Of a DNA stretch of 64,000 bases, positions 40,387-54,425 are shown piece after piece. The notes under the pieces were generated by a model, which saw only the letters and a program-made list of their open reading frames with translations, was not told where the DNA came from and ran no database searches. Within the stretch, counting starts at the first letter, position 1. Every line of letters begins with the position of its first letter. Origin of the DNA: Priapulus caudatus (lineage: Eukaryota); contig NW_014577078.1 of the NCBI RefSeq assembly GCF_000485595.1, positions 1,252,977 to 1,316,976 on the forward strand, read 5' to 3'. The position numbers and the translations under genes are program-made.

Positions 40387-40665
40387 GCTCATAAGGTCTA
40401 TGTCCCCCAGGGTACTGCCGGAACGTACCCTGGTAACTATCTGATATGGTTAGGGTTAGGGTTGGGGTTAAGGTTAGGGTTAAGGTTAAAGTAAGGCGTA
40501 GGCCGGGGGAGGGCAGAACTCCCGCCTAGACTCGTATGTGGAGTAGGCCGAGGTAACGCAGTCCATGCATATTGAGATAGTAACCAAGGTACGTTCCGGA
40601 TACCGGACCGTTACCCAGGTATCGTTCCGGCCAGTACCGTAGGGGACATAGACCGCTCTTCTAGC
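40387..40665 (+). mobile_element. Mutator-like MITE family A (TTAGGG-bearing); second copy ~53376-53707
   Basis: Same TIRs as 8641; TSD gcaaattgc clear on the left here and on the right of the second copy. Confidence 0.85.
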
Positions 40666-40715
40666 GCAAAATCTGCTGCTGCAAACCTTCACTCTCTAAC
40701 CTACATATATTGTAC

Positions 40716-40945
40716 CTTACGTAATACTGCATGCTGATCATCACCACCAACAGTTGTTCAAAGTAGCACCCATCAACAACCTACTGTGGACAGACACTTC
40801 TCTAGGCTTTGTGTGATTGTTCTCACTGTTTTAGTTGATAGCATGTGTCAAGATTGTGCACTCATCTAGGATCAAATTTGCAGCATTTCTCTTTGTGTGG
40901 CCGCAAATTCCCAACTACATTGGTCGGCCCATCTGAGTTTTCAAA
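40716..40945 (-). CDS. PTGR2: PTGR2 copy 1, exon 5 (indel-rich sequence); copy 2 at ~53755-53985
   Basis: Consensus of the two noisy copies gives VVGICG...FDHAINYK...CPHGVDVYFDNVGG. Confidence 0.8.
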
Positions 40946-41420
40946 CTGTAAATAAAAAATTTAACTACATTTATGATGAATTTTTGTGAAGTTCGTAAGC
41001 CACATATTATTGGGCTCAATAAATTTTGGAGTAACGTATTCACTAATACACAGCGTGCAACACTGTATCATCAGACATTACGTAGCCGTTTTTCAATTAA
41101 AAGATGAAGATTTCTATAAGAACATCTGGTTGTGTTCAGTAACGGAGCTCCGATGGAGGATGTATGGCTGACTATATATTATTATAGTGCAACAGTGACT
41201 TAATTACTTCAAAACATACATAAACACCCGAAAACCCAAATATCACACCGAAACTGGAAAAAACTGCAACCACTAGAATTTATTAGCAACAGACAAATAC
41301 CCCAAAAGCCCAATTTACAGTTTTGATTAAATAATTCTAATTGCTTCTCAAAAGTGTAGCTACACACTAAGGTTACTGTGTGCCTGCTTATTAGTTATGT
41401 GTCTTGGCATATTAATCGAC

Positions 41421-41602
41421 CTGTCCTGCCAAATGCCCACAATCGCTCGCAGCTTGCCGACCGTAATGACTAACAGTCTGTTTTTGCCAAGGCGAAATGT
41501 GTCCTCTGGTTTCGTATGCCAATAAATGAGGTGATTCCCAGACACTCCAAGTAAGCTCCAAAAACCAATGAGCGGTCTGGTGTGGGGCAATTTCTGCTCA
41601 GC
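41421..41602 (-). CDS. PTGR2: PTGR2 copy 1, exon 4 (indel-rich)
   Basis: Aligns to the clean exon at 54957-55127. Confidence 0.75.
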
Positions 41603-41794
41603 GCTGTGTATATGGAAAGATGCAAGCGCCACTGGTTCAACCTAGTGCGTCCTTGAATGAGTACATGAAACTTAACAGCTCATCTGAACTCTTTGATCAG
41701 GACACGGTTTAATCAGATGTATGAACGCTTATGTGGGATGTATAGTAAGGAGGCGTTGTTACTGTGACTATGTGAAAGATTTGTATATAATAAC

Positions 41795-42019
41795 CATTTG
41801 ACAATGCAGATGCATCCATGGTACTGAAAATTCCCGGCTTGCCATGGCCAAAACAGTGTCAGACTTGATGAACCAACATCTCCAAGTTAGGTCAATCCCT
41901 GGGCTTCTAGAGTGGATGACCACACCAACGTCCTCCTCAACCCTGAAATGCACTTATTGGTAACTTCCCAAAGCGCAGTTATGTATTCGACCGCCTGTCT
42001 CCGTCATTCACCTGCACCG
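41795..42019 (-). CDS. PTGR2: PTGR2 copy 1, exon 3 (indel-rich)
   Basis: Aligns to the clean exon at 55294-55494. Confidence 0.75.
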
Positions 42020-42484
42020 CTGCAAAAAAAACAAAGGACAACCGTGAAATCATCTAATTCTGTCCTTTAAACTGATTACATCCACTGTAAATAATAAAAG
42101 TAATTTTTCACTAGAAATGTAAGTGATCTCTATTCACGTTTTTATGGTTAAATGCTGCATTAATACTTCCTATTTGCTATCCGTTCGATGTGAACATAAC
42201 GCCTCCTGACTCATACATAGCCCATAGCACGGCATCTTTAATGTCATGAAAGGCAATTATATCGAATCCGCCCAGATTTTTTGGATCTTAACTTAATTGA
42301 AAAAACAAATCTTTATCAGGTAAGAATTGAAGGTACATTTAGTGCCATTGTACTGTACTTTTTATGTAAATTTTTTTTTTTACAAATATTACACGCATAA
42401 GAGAAATTTGTGGACGCTAGTCAATATGTAATTTGAAATGTCTCCCTTTGAATTCCTCTCATGATGTCATGCCAATGCTTTAAC

Positions 42485-42614
42485 CAATGCTGGTCAATAG
42501 ATCACGATAAGTGTCTTCACAAAACTTGTTCCTCCACGAGATTTGTCTAACTGGCTGGCAATCGGGCAGATCACACAGGAAAAATTTTCGATCTCACAGT
42601 GGAGTTGTTCACAC
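42485..42614 (-). CDS. PTGR2: PTGR2 copy 1, exon 2 (indel-rich)
   Basis: Aligns to the clean exon at 55943-56067. Confidence 0.75.
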
Positions 42615-42813
42615 CTAAAATAATGAAACGATAAGGAATTTCACTTTCATTCCACTGATCACTGCTGTAGTGAACTTAATATGGTGTTTACAAGAGTGCA
42701 GTCCACAGGTAGATCATATTAGCAGTCAGCTTCTCCCAGAATTCTTTCCATCCCAGTCTCTTTCTCTCTGAACAGTTGCATCACTCTTTTGACAAAGAGT
42801 ACTGTTAGTACTT

Positions 42814-45500
42814 GCTCATAAGCGGTCTAATGTCGCCAAGAGTACTGGTGCCAGAACGTACCCTGGTCACCTATCTGATATGGGCTAATAGGAGAGTAGG
42901 GATCAGCCGCATTACGAATGCTTCGGGGAATCAACTACTTCCCAGCCCAGTTTAGCGGAACTATGTATTTCCGTACGTCGGAAGGGTGGGGCCGGGATTG
43001 TTGTTGTTGCGTTGTGGACAAAACCATTGTTGTTGTCAAAGTAACAAATAATAGATATAATTTGTTCATCCTTTCCATGAACAAAACTAATATTACAATC
43101 TTTTTTTGATCGCTTAATTGTTACTTGACAACAACAATTAGTTTTGTCACACAACCAACCCAACCTGCCACCCCTTCCACGTGGCGGAATACATAGTTCC
43201 CGCTCACTGGCCGCTGTTGCATCGCCCGCTCAAATGGCTGCTTTGAAGTTCGGGCAAATGACGAATGTTTCGCTGCACGAAGAATACCACAAGTAAACTA
43301 TTTCAACGAGAGTTAGAAGTACATTTCTAGTAGGCGATATAACTTAAGAGCATATTCACCTTCGGATAAGAGCATTAAATTGGCTACCCACAGACGTTTA
43401 TAGTCCGGCGAGTCATAGAGAGTAAGTTGGTCCCATGCATCCGTAATGGCTGATCCTATAGCCCCCAGCGGCAAGCCCGTACGCGGCTATAGTTGACTAG
43501 AGGCTCATACAGGCCTTATGTTCCCTCAGGGTACTGCGGAACAGTACCCTGGGGTACGCAGGTATAGCCGGAACGTACGCTAATAAACTATTTGGATATG
43601 GGTTTAGGGGTTAGGGTTAGGGTATTAGGGAGTAGAGCGTAGCGACTCCCTAGACTCGTTAGTGGAGTGAGTAAGCGAGGTACGGCCCGGCAATATTAGA
43701 TAGTACCAGGGTACGTTCTGCAAGTACCATGGGACATGAGACACAGGCAACTGTGAAGTGTTTCAATAAAAATGATAGATGCTAACTAAATAAGCAAAAT
43801 CTATTTACTAACCAACCAAATTCTAGATGTTTCTATATTCACTTTCCCAAACTCTATTATTGCCCTGGACAGTGTTCTGGTCAATTCGCGTCCAAACCTA
43901 TCGTCCAACCATATAACGCTGCGCAGCCGGCCAATTGCTTTCGCTGCGCGACTGTTGGCACGCTTCAACTAAAAGATGATAGCAGTAGGAAAAGCGGGCG
44001 ATTCGCACAATTGCTCGACGCTCGCGTGGATTTCATCACTTTCACAGTCACAAAATACACCATCCAACAAGCTTTCCACGTCCTTGTGTTTGTATGTCAA
44101 GCAACAGCTGCTTCACTTGTTATAAAACCATATATGTCTCTGTTCGTAACGAGCTGTGTCACGCGAAAATCACATACAAGACTGACGAAATTCTCGGCGT
44201 TCCAAACGGCCTGGCTTGCGTATATGCGTTGGAACGGTAGGGTTTGGAACGGATATTGACATGGGAGAAGGGCGAGAACTGCAGCAATAATAGGTGAAAG
44301 AGAGTAAAGAACATAAAAGAATTTTGGTAGTAAAATAGATTTAGTATTAGTTAGCATTATGTTTTTATTGAAAACGCTTCAATTGGCCTGTGACATAGAC
44401 CTCTCAGCGTTACTGACGACTATCCTGTCGAGTATTTGATCAACTTTGTCTCTCTCGTCTTCGATATAATTGACCTGTATAACCCTTCGACTTTGAAGAC
44501 TATCTTGATGAGGGTTATAGGTTAATGTTAAGGTAGATTGGGTGGCTGCATCTATGTAACAGAACCCCCTAATTACTATTAGCCTCTATAAGTATTACTT
44601 AATATAGTTAGTAAGGTGGAATGGATGCAAGGATAGTTTGCTTGATATGGGTCTATGGTCCCCCACAGGGTACTGCCGGAAACGTACCCCTGGTAACTAT
44701 CGTAGCTGATATGGTTAGGGGTTAGTGGGTTAGGGTTAGGGTTTAGCACAAGTTCCCATCTCGCTAATAACTACTGGCGAGAGGTCACAAACCGACGCAT
44801 TAAGAACAATATGGTTCGGCAGACGTTGCGGCCTGCTATTTAAAATCGGTTATAATTATCTCACTTTTTATGATTCTTACAGGCTTCTCTGTACTTCACA
44901 CGCCTCGATTTTAATTTATATGTGCGCTAATCACTGGAGCATGTACTTACGTGTCAGCGAGTAATTGTTTAGTAAATTTAATAAGCATAAAACTCAAAAA
45001 ACGCGCCATTTTCCCATAATACGTAGCAGGAAAGTTCGTAGAATTTCGCCCCGTACAAGAAAAGACCATAAAAAACCACTCCTACATGGCGTTTTGCAAC
45101 GTTCAAATAGTATACGCTGTTTGAAAATTTCTCATTATTTTAACGTGTATTTTGAGGTAAATAGTAAATTAAGGAAGTGTAGCGATAGTTCAACATGTAA
45201 CAGGTGAGGTCAATGTGGTATAACATTGTTTTATTTACGAAAATTGTTAGCAGGAAAATTCGGAGTTTGTTTTCAAAGCTACCTCAGGCATTTCGTATGA
45301 AAGCAGTGTCCGAGGCTCTCCGCCCTGGTAACAGTCGGAGAGGCCTGTCGGTTTTAGGTTAGGTTTAGAGTTATGGTTATGGTTAGGGTTATGGGAGTAG
45401 GCGTAGGCGACTCCCTATGACTCGGTTTAGTGAAGTAGCGAGGTATCGGTCGCGGCATATTAGATAGTAGTATTTAGGTACCAGGGGTACGTTCCCGGCA
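42814..45500. mobile_element. Nested MITE cluster in PTGR2 intron 1 (copy 1, noisy equivalent of 56245-58700)
   Basis: Family A TIRs at ~42814, 43502-44408 and 44641-45500 with nested inserts. Confidence 0.75.
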
Positions 45501-45776
45501 CGTACCCTGGGCGACATAGACCCTATCAAGCTTCACGGCCGCAAGAAGACGAAAATGGCCCATGGGTCCCAATAAAACCAATGTGCCTAAACGCTAAAAC
45601 CCTATCACCCTGACCCTAACCCCTAACTCTGATTATCATTGATGTAATATTAATGATTTAATATGAATGTAAAATTACATTGCTTCCTTATTGGGACCGC
45701 ATGTTCTCTATTCACTTGAACCCAGAGTAATCACTATCAGTGAGTTTGGGAACCGCGCAAATTGCACTGCGCCCAC

Positions 45777-46488
45777 TTAAGACCAATAATCATTGTGCGC
45801 CTAAAATTTTATATTCTGCGTTATTTTAAGGGCCCAATCAGGCTTCATACGACAAACCTGTGAATCCGACATGCAAAATGCACGACAACCTTTTGACTAT
45901 TTAACGCCGTGTTACATAGAAATCAAAGAAATACATAAAGCGTCGGTTTATTAACAATCGTACCTACATTACAAAACACTTGTCATGCCAGTATTTCCTC
46001 CTCTTTATCACTTTTATTTTATTAAAACATCACTGACAATAATAAATCACGCACTTCACTACAACACGAAGAACTGCCATCTTAGCATTGAAACCGCGAC
46101 AAAACGGACATATTCTCCACCGGCCAATGAAAATCGATCGCTGTGACGGTTTTTCGGTGCGGTCCAAATGCAAGATTGGCAAGTTTTGTGTGTAGTGGAA
46201 GTTTTGCGTGATTTTTAATGATCGTGATGTTTTAATTAAAACTAAACGTGATTTAAAGAGGAGACATACTGCATACAAAGTGTTTTGTAATGTAGGTAAT
46301 GATTTAATAAAGCGACGGCTTTATGTATTTCTTTGATTTTCTATGTAACAGGCCGTAAATAGTCCAAAAGGTTGTCGTGCATTTTGCATAGTCGGAATTT
46401 CACAGGTTTCGTCTATGGAAGCCCTATTGGGCTCCTAAAATAACACCAGAATAAAAAAAAATTTAGGGCACAATTTAATTGGTCTGAT
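45777..46488. mobile_element. ~710 bp foldback element present only in copy 1
   Basis: 45780-46000 inverted against 46255-46486; flanking tgcgcccac is duplicated, and single at the empty site ~58767. Confidence 0.8.
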
Positions 46489-46595
46489 GCGCCCACCAGT
46501 ATGATCTTCTAAGTACTTTGATGACATATATGACATAAAATACAATATATTTTAAATCCTAAATCAATTCCTTTATTGAATGGTCTTGTTTCCAC

Positions 46596-46674
46596 ACTGG
46601 TCGCTACTAGCTAAAACGACGCAATACATTTTCATTCTGAATGCTCGCTGTTTTATCAAATGCCCGCCTGACAT
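46596..46674 (-). CDS. PTGR2: PTGR2 copy 1, exon 1 (indel-rich)
   Basis: Aligns to 58870-58939. Confidence 0.7.
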
Positions 46675-48175
46675 GTTTACAGTTAAATAGACGCGCCATC
46701 TATGTTCCCTGCCTATTTATTTATTGCATTTTCTTCCTTCCAAGTCTTTCCTTTTCGCGAGTTCCATTGCCAATGGTCCACTATAATAAAATACAGGGCA
46801 GAAATCAGCTATCCACAGGACTCACATAACGTCTGTAACTAAACGATTTTAGGCAGTGTACCGTTTAGGCACTGTTCTAATTCCGTTGTATAGTTGATGT
46901 CAATTAGCGTATACCATTAAATACGAGACTAATTAAACCTCTATAAAATTGATGTACAGATAGTTTCTTCTCAGTTATCGTTTTGTTCAACAAATTCTTT
47001 CAGTTGTATGATTACTGTCCATGTTACCTCGTATAGTGAACTACTAGTCCTAATGCTCAAGAGTGTCAATAATATGTCGCATTTTGCAGCTTTGTTTGTT
47101 GCTAAACAGGTTTTGTTTGTTTTTTGTTCACGCTTTGTCTCAAATTTTTGTTCATTTTGGTTTTGATCTTTTGTCATTCTCTTTTGTCATAGTTTGTTGC
47201 TGGTTTCTCATAGCTGCTATATCAATCGCCTGCATGTTTTGCAGCTCTTGTTGCCACGACAAAGCTAACGAAGAAACAGGCTCGTAGACATGTTGATAAT
47301 ATTAGCTGATCGATTATGCAATTATATGTATCTATTATTATAGTACAAATAGTAATAATTTCAATTAATAATAACAATATGTAATGAATCTATTTATAAG
47401 TAACAATAGTAATAGGCATCTAATTTATAGTAACAATAGTAAAATCTGTGTTCAGATCTGTTTTTCAGTTACCTGTTTCTGAGAGTTCACGAGATTGCTA
47501 ATTCAGTTGTATGATTGAACTGTCACATCAAGTAACTGGTCACGAAACCGATGGCGTGTGTTCAGACTTAAATTGGTATATATATGCTCAATTGAAGTTT
47601 TTTTTGTTTTTTTGTTCACCTTTGTTCACCTTTTGTTCAAATTTCTTGTTCATCTTTGTTTTGACACTTGTTCACGTCTCCTCTGTCATGTTTGCTGTTT
47701 TCTTATACCTGCTATATATGTGGCATATTTGCCCGCTCTGTTGGCTCGCAGCCTAAATGTTTGTATATTAACGTGTCAAGAAACTATTGTAATCTATTAT
47801 ATTAAAATAGTAAATAATGCTATTGCGCCTATTTTATAATAGTAAACCGTATGTACGGTGGCGCAGAAGGCTCACCACAAACAATACAAATCCCACAACA
47901 CAATATGCAAATACCGCAACATCAAATGCAAATCAGCAACACATAATGCAAATCCGCAACACAAAATGCATAACGTCACAAACACCAAATGCAAACGTCA
48001 CAACACAACTGCAAATCTCACAAACACAAATGCACAAACGCCACACTACCGCAATGCTAAACGCACCAAACACGCCAAACTCCACAAACGCAAAGATGCA
48101 AACCCGAACGAACCACAAATGCAACATTGCCTGCCTCGCGGCCCGCCTGCTACTGTTGTACTGGTCGCATTGTAT

Positions 48176-48222
48176 CAGGAGTAGATACATCAGGATATCT
48201 TACTTCCTATCACCTACTCCTG
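48176..48222. mobile_element. Hairpin micro-element (CAGGAG family), 7-bp TSD
   Basis: attgtat|caggagtag...ctactcctg|attgtat. Confidence 0.8.
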
Positions 48223-48284
48223 ATTGTATACAGCTGTTAACCCCTCCCCTCCGCACCACGCTATCACGCTAAGTAAATGGCCGT

Positions 48285-49259
48285 AGAGAAGGAGAAAGAA
48301 AAAAAAGAAGGAATGGGGGGAAGCTGAGTAGAGGAGGAGGGGAGAACGCTGGTGCGAGAAGAAGGAGGGGGAGAGGAACGGGTGGAGAGGGAGAAGGGGA
48401 GAAGCTGGTGAAAAGCAGAAAGGGGAGAAGGGAGAAGAAATGGTGGAGGAAGATGAGGGATGAAGCTGGTGAGAGAAGGAGGGGGAGAAGGAGAAGCTGG
48501 TGGAGGAGGAGGGGGAAGAAGGAAGAAGCTGGTAGAGAGAGAGGGGGGAGAAGCTGGTTGGAGCGAGGAGGAATGGGGGAGAGGCTGGTGGAGGACGGAG
48601 AAGGGAGAAGCTGGTGAAGAGGGGAGAAGGCGGTAGAGAGGGAGGGAGAGCAAGGGAGAAAAGCTGGGTGAGGAGGAGGAGGGGGAGAAAGGAGAAGGCT
48701 GGTAAGAAGGAGGAGGGAGAAGCTGTGAGAAGGAAAAGGGGGAGAAGGGAAGAAGCTGGTAGAGAAGGAGGAGGGGAGAAAGAGAGAAGCTGGGTGGAGG
48801 AGGAGGCGGGGGAGAAGGGAGAAGCAGGTCGAGAAGGAGGAGGGGGAGAAGCTGGTGAGAAGGAGGAGGGGGAAAGAAAGCCGGGTGGAGAGGGAAGGAA
48901 GAGGGAGAAGCTGTGCGAGAAGGAGAGGGAGAAAAGAACTGGTGGAGGAAGAAGGAGGGAGAAAGCTGGTGAGTAGAAGGAGAGGGAGAAGGGAAGAACT
49001 TGGGAGAGGAGGCGGGAGAAGGGAGAAAGCTGGTAGAGAAAGGAGCGAGGGGGAGAAGCTGGTGGAGGACGGAGGAAGGGAGAGGCGTGGTGGAGACGGA
49101 GAAGGAGGAAGCTGGTGAAGAGGGAGAACTGTAGAGAAAGGAGGAGGGAGCAGAAGGAGAAGCTGGTGGAGGAAGGAAGGGAGGGGGAAGAAAGGAGAAG
49201 CTGGCTAAGAGAAGGAGGAGGGAGAAGCTGGTGGAGAGGAGGAGGGGGAGAATCTGGGA
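48285..49259. repeat. Purine-rich degenerate minisatellite (GGGAGAAGCTGGT core)
   Basis: Core recurs more than 20 times; ends at an N-gap. Confidence 0.9.
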
Positions 49260-49479
49260 NNNNNNNNNNNNNNNNNNNNNNNNNTTGAAATTTCACTGTG
49301 ACATTGTAGCCTCATACATCCACACATGTATAGATTTACTAGCAAACCCGGCAGTCAAATTCTTTTCTAACAGTAAACAAATCCATGTTTAACCGCGTCC
49401 TCTTGAGCGGTCAAAAGGTTATCCGACGCTTACTCTTCGCATGTCAGCAGAAAGTACATTTCATGGTCCTTTCAATAAA

Positions 49480-49942
49480 GCCATAAAAATGTTAGGTCAC
49501 CGCTGAAAACAAAAAAGTTTTTTCAATCCGCTCCGTCAGACCATGTCCTTAAAAAATGTCTAAAATCTGCCCTGTGCCCCATTGACCTTTGACCTGGACC
49601 TCCAATTTCGGCACAGGATGGCTTTTTCTACCATGATGCTATACACCGACTATCAATAGCCTAGGTCGAGCCGTTTAGATTTGTGCGCAATTCTGCATTT
49701 CCTCCCTATACCTTAAGTTAAGGAGGGAATGTTCCCCTTCTTTTACACCTCTTGACCTTTTACTTTGACCCCCAGCTTCGACATCCAACACGTTTTCGGG
49801 TAACCCCCCCCACGTCCCGAATATCGTGACCGTACGTCGAGCGGTTAGATTTGCTGTGCGCCACACTGTTGATGGCGACGGACTGGACGGACGATCATGC
49901 GATTCTACAAGCTGCACCTGACTACGTCAGATGAGCTAATAA
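49480..49942 (+). mobile_element. Possible Helentron-associated (HINE/DINE-like) non-autonomous element
   Basis: tgacctttgacct motifs, gacgg microsatellite, then terminal hairpin agct.cacctgac..gtcagatgagct and A-rich flank; 5' boundary uncertain. Confidence 0.5.
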
Positions 49943-51016
49943 ATAAGTGGTTGATGATATTTCTCACTCGCAAGATTGAAACATTACAATACCTGCCGAG
50001 TCGCATGCGGAGGATTGGAGCAGTAGTCACTAGTACCGCTCCACAAAATATGCCATTATAGATGTGACAACATGCTATAAGCCTCTGAATCAATACCGTG
50101 TTTGAATACAATTTACAGCAATATGACAGTATATAGCTATAAACCGATTTCAGTACAAGGTAGGCAATCATAAAGGTACGAAATAAGCTGGCACTGTTTG
50201 TGTAACAGTACGTGTTAACAGTAAAGCACAACACACACACCCGAGCAAAACTGGAAATTTTGTTTTCCAGCGTTTCGCGTTCTGCTCGGCGAGCAAGCGC
50301 ACACAACACACGCCACCCGACACAGCACACAGCTGAGAAAAACATACAGAAACACTGCGTACAGCGCCGCTGTCACATGACATCAAAAATAGCCATCCAA
50401 TAGACATCCAATTTTGTGTGTCATGTGATATTTTTAAGGATATTGATTGGAGACCGTCTGTGGCGTTTCGCTGTGCTCCACGTTCAGGTGTTTTGCTCGA
50501 GTGTGTGCGTTATGCTTTAGGCTAACGTGACATAGAAGACTTATACATCAATACTTGAATATCATGAAAATATATGATAGAAACTTCTTTGTTGATTTCT
50601 CATTGTTGGGTACTGGTTAATGTTCCTCATTTCTCACGAGAACCGGTCTCTGCACTTTGCTAACAGTAATTTGCGCGAAACAGTAATTTGCATGTAGCAG
50701 TAATAGACACGTGGTACGAGTCTAGAACCACAATCAGGTGCACTTGTGTTTGCGGTGCCATTTACAAAGCAATTGTTGTGACATTCAAGAATGTGGCTGT
50801 TATTTCCTACTTCATAAATTATAACAGCATATGAATTTTTAGTAATGTTCAAGTTGGTCTAATAACTAGCATATCCACTATTAGGTGAGAATATATTTTA
50901 CTACATATTTACATTTATTGATGTATTTAAGAAATTATTCTTTTAAAAAGTTCATACATATTAGCAATGAGTGTCACTGTGACAACAAATTGGGCATTAC
51001 ACATAATTATACTAAC

Positions 51017-51100
51017 CTTATTTTTCCAGAAAATACCATTAATGCCAGTGAGTTGAGTCTGCCTCTAAATGCTCAGGATGTTAAGAACAGGAAATCGCTT
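51017..51100 (-). CDS. PTGR2: PTGR2 copy 2, exon 7 (indel-rich)
   Basis: Aligns to 38650-38737. Confidence 0.75.
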
Positions 51101-52204
51101 CTAAAATTTAAATCTAATGGAGTTGATGACATGTAGTTAGACAGATCAATAATTCTTAAACATTCAACGGTACTGCAGGGTAGAAATGAACTTTTGAACA
51201 CGGATGTCCAACGTAACTCCGCCTACCTCTCAAAAGGGGAGTCCGCGAGTCTGAACGTTCAAATTAAAAGTATCTACAATAACACGTGCTTATTTTGAAA
51301 TTCATGCGGTTAACCGTCTGCCAATTTTCTTTGGACATTTGCTGAAAAATACGGTAATTCCGCAAGGCCGTGCTCTGAACGAACTAGTTAGTATAGTATG
51401 GCCAGAATTTCAGCAGGTCACACAGACTCCTGCATATGTAAATCAGGCGAGTCCGACAGTAAGATCAGGCGTATTTGACTCCGGACTCCCTTAATTTCGC
51501 AGCCCTGGTTACTGGTGCTGATAGGAGTCTCGTTGTCGTATCAGGTTACTACAATATGTACGCCGAGGACATATATATAGGCTATGTATACACAAGTGTA
51601 CCAGACTTGTACTACAGAAGTGTACCCTAGCACCTAACCCTAAACATACCTCATATATAAATATAACATAATACTAAACAACCTTAAACTACCCTCGGGT
51701 ACATATCTGTAGTACCTGATAACGACAACGACCCTTCATGCGGTACTGGTACTGATCATATAAGTTACTACAAATCGAGTGTATGAATAACTTATGACCA
51801 ACAGTATGAATTAGCATAGGCATGTATACATCTGTTTAAGACAATAATAATTTCACTTGACAGAGAAATCTTGCAATAATTCTTTATTGTGATAGGTAGC
51901 ACCCATCACCCCCTCTTAGAAATTTACGCTGTCGTGTTACTGCACATTTACACGATGAAACGTTTTTTATGATCCTCTCCAGTTAGATATAAAATAAAGT
52001 GTTTGATTCTTTTCCGAAAATATCAGTAATGCATGAATGCAGGAAGTCGGGTCTTGGCATTTTAAAATATGGTTGAAGGGTCATTTAAACGCCCTTGCCT
52101 TAGATTGCATGGATTTGATAATGTTGATAACTGGTTATAGCAGCTTACAGCAAGCAATCATATCAATTTACATTATCATACATCCGCATACATCATCAGC
52201 ATAC

Positions 52205-52326
52205 CTAGTGATGTTATGATCAGCCACCATTGCTCAATTTCGTTTGGGAGCGGTGGTGGGTACGGCACATCTTCATTGTATTTTGGCTATTTGGCCACAC
52301 AAGATGACATACGAGTTTCTATTCAT
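52205..52326 (-). CDS. PTGR2: PTGR2 copy 2, exon 6
   Basis: Aligns to 39859-39980 with two 1-bp indels. Confidence 0.8.
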
Positions 52327-52350
52327 CTGAAGCAATAAACAAAATTTTAA

Positions 52351-52956
52351 AGGGACAGTAGCCTCTAGGATTTTACTGGCATACAACTGTTAGCTTACTG
52401 TATAACAAATCGTCTATACCCACATGTATTTGTCAGCCAGATACTTAATTAATTATTTCCACATCAACGCTACGAAATTTGAACGGCGCCCATGACACCC
52501 GCGAGCCGTGCTTGGCCCACCTGAAAAGTTGGTATTTGCATTTTTATTTTAGCAGGTAAATGACGCGAGGGCTAATCACAAAGTGCAATTATATTGTATT
52601 ACCTAAATGCTATTTAACCGAACGATATTCATTTTAGGGCAATTTATCCATATTATAACTGAAACTATATGTCGTTTATAAGATATTACAATTCTTTTGC
52701 TTTTAAATGTAATAAATAAGAAATACCCTCGGTCTGTAGCCCTTGGCTGGAAAGTGTTCTTGCGGCAACTTCTCAGATCGTGCGCTTTGAGTGGGCGCAC
52801 CGTCGTTGTAATCAACTCGTAGTGCTTAGTTTTTAAAACATTTTAAAAAAATATTTCTAATGGTGATTGAACATGAACTTTTTATGTGGCGGCATTATAA
52901 CCTAAATTACGGCTGAAAATAAGCCGCTAGAACGGCTAGAGGCTACTCGCTTCCTC
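52351..52956. mobile_element. Kolobok-like non-autonomous element, copy 2 only
   Basis: ttaa|agggacagtagcctctag ... ctagaggctact; empty TTAA site at ~40002. Confidence 0.75.
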
Positions 52957-54425
52957 TTATATAATAATCTATAGGGCAAATAAACTGATCCGATCTTCAC
53001 TACGGTGAATGTGTTGCAAAATAACATCAAATCGCCGCCCAAAAATCTTCACTAACCACACAGGAAACGCGGGGCTACTATAATAAAAAAGGTGAACGCC
53101 CTTCTATACTTTACATGTGTTGCTGTTCATGCCCTGCAAGCCATATTGCTGTGGTGCATTACTCGCCTGTAGCATACCTAATGTCAGTTATAATCTAGAT
53201 CCACTTCGTGATTTAGACAATCCAATGGCCATCTTATCTCATTAATTGAGCACAATAGAGTGATGTCCGATTGTGATGTCAAACAAGTATTATGTAAACT
53301 AGTAATTTAGAAGATGCAGACTAAATTTACACACTGAGAATACCTACGATGGAACTTTAAAAAGGCAAATTGGCGGCTCAATGAAGGGTCTATGTCCCCG
53401 CAGGGTAACTCGCCGGAAACGTACCGCTCCGGTACTCTATCTCGATATGCGTTAGGGTCTGCGGGTTACGGGTTCAGGGTTAAGGGTAAGGGTTAGGGTT
53501 TTAACGGTCCTTAAGGTCTAGGGTTAGGTCTAGGGTTAAGGTTCGGCGTTAGGGAGTAGGCGTAGGCGACTCCCTAGATCGTTAGTGGAGTAGGCGAGGT
53601 ACAGTCCGGCATATTAGATAGTAGCCGGGTAACCTTCTGGTATGACCGACGCGTACCGCAGGTACCGTCCGGCAGTACCCAACGGAACATAGAACGGCCT
53701 CATCAGCGCAAATTGCTGCTGGCAACCTTTCACTCTCCATACGTACTATACTGTACGTTACGTACTACCGGCATTGCTGATATTCACGCACCAACTATTG
53801 TCAAAGTAAGACATCAACACCATGTGGACAACACTTCCTAGGCTTTGTGCTGATGTTCTCCTGTTTGTAGTTTGATAGCATGGTCAAACCTTTGCACCTC
53901 ATCGCTGGACAAATTTGCAACTTCTGCTTGTGTGGCCGCACAATTCCAACTACATTGGTCCGCCCCATGCTAGTTCTTGTGCAAACTCGTAAATAAAAAG
54001 TCTTAAGTACATTTATGATAATTTTTTGTGAAGTTCGTAGCACATGTTATTGGGTGTCAAAATTCGGAGTACGTATTGCACTATAGAGCTGCCAACATTA
54101 TATCTCCAGACACGGTTTAGTAGCCTTTTCAATTAAAATAAATTCTCCGCAATATTGTCTCGTTTGTTTCAGTAAACGATCATAATGTATGGCCTGCTAA
54201 TATTCCTTAATAGTGCGCAACAATGATTACTTCAAAAATACATACATACACGCAAACCCAAAAACTATCGAAACCACCTGTAAAAAACTGCAACGCACTA
54301 GAATTTATTACACAACATACCAATAGCGCAATTCTACATATTTGATCTAAATAAATTGCTTAATTGGGCCCTTCTCAAAAGTGACTGGCACACTAGGTTA
54401 CCTGTGTGACTGTTATTCAGTTATT

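Noticed and set aside
48214..49296. 360-aa Ser/Pro/Leu ORF
   Set aside because: Translation of a purine-rich minisatellite running through an N-gap
40716..53985. PTGR2 pseudogenes from frameshifts
   Set aside because: Indels are spread equally through introns and exons and are complementary between copies, which points to sequencing noise
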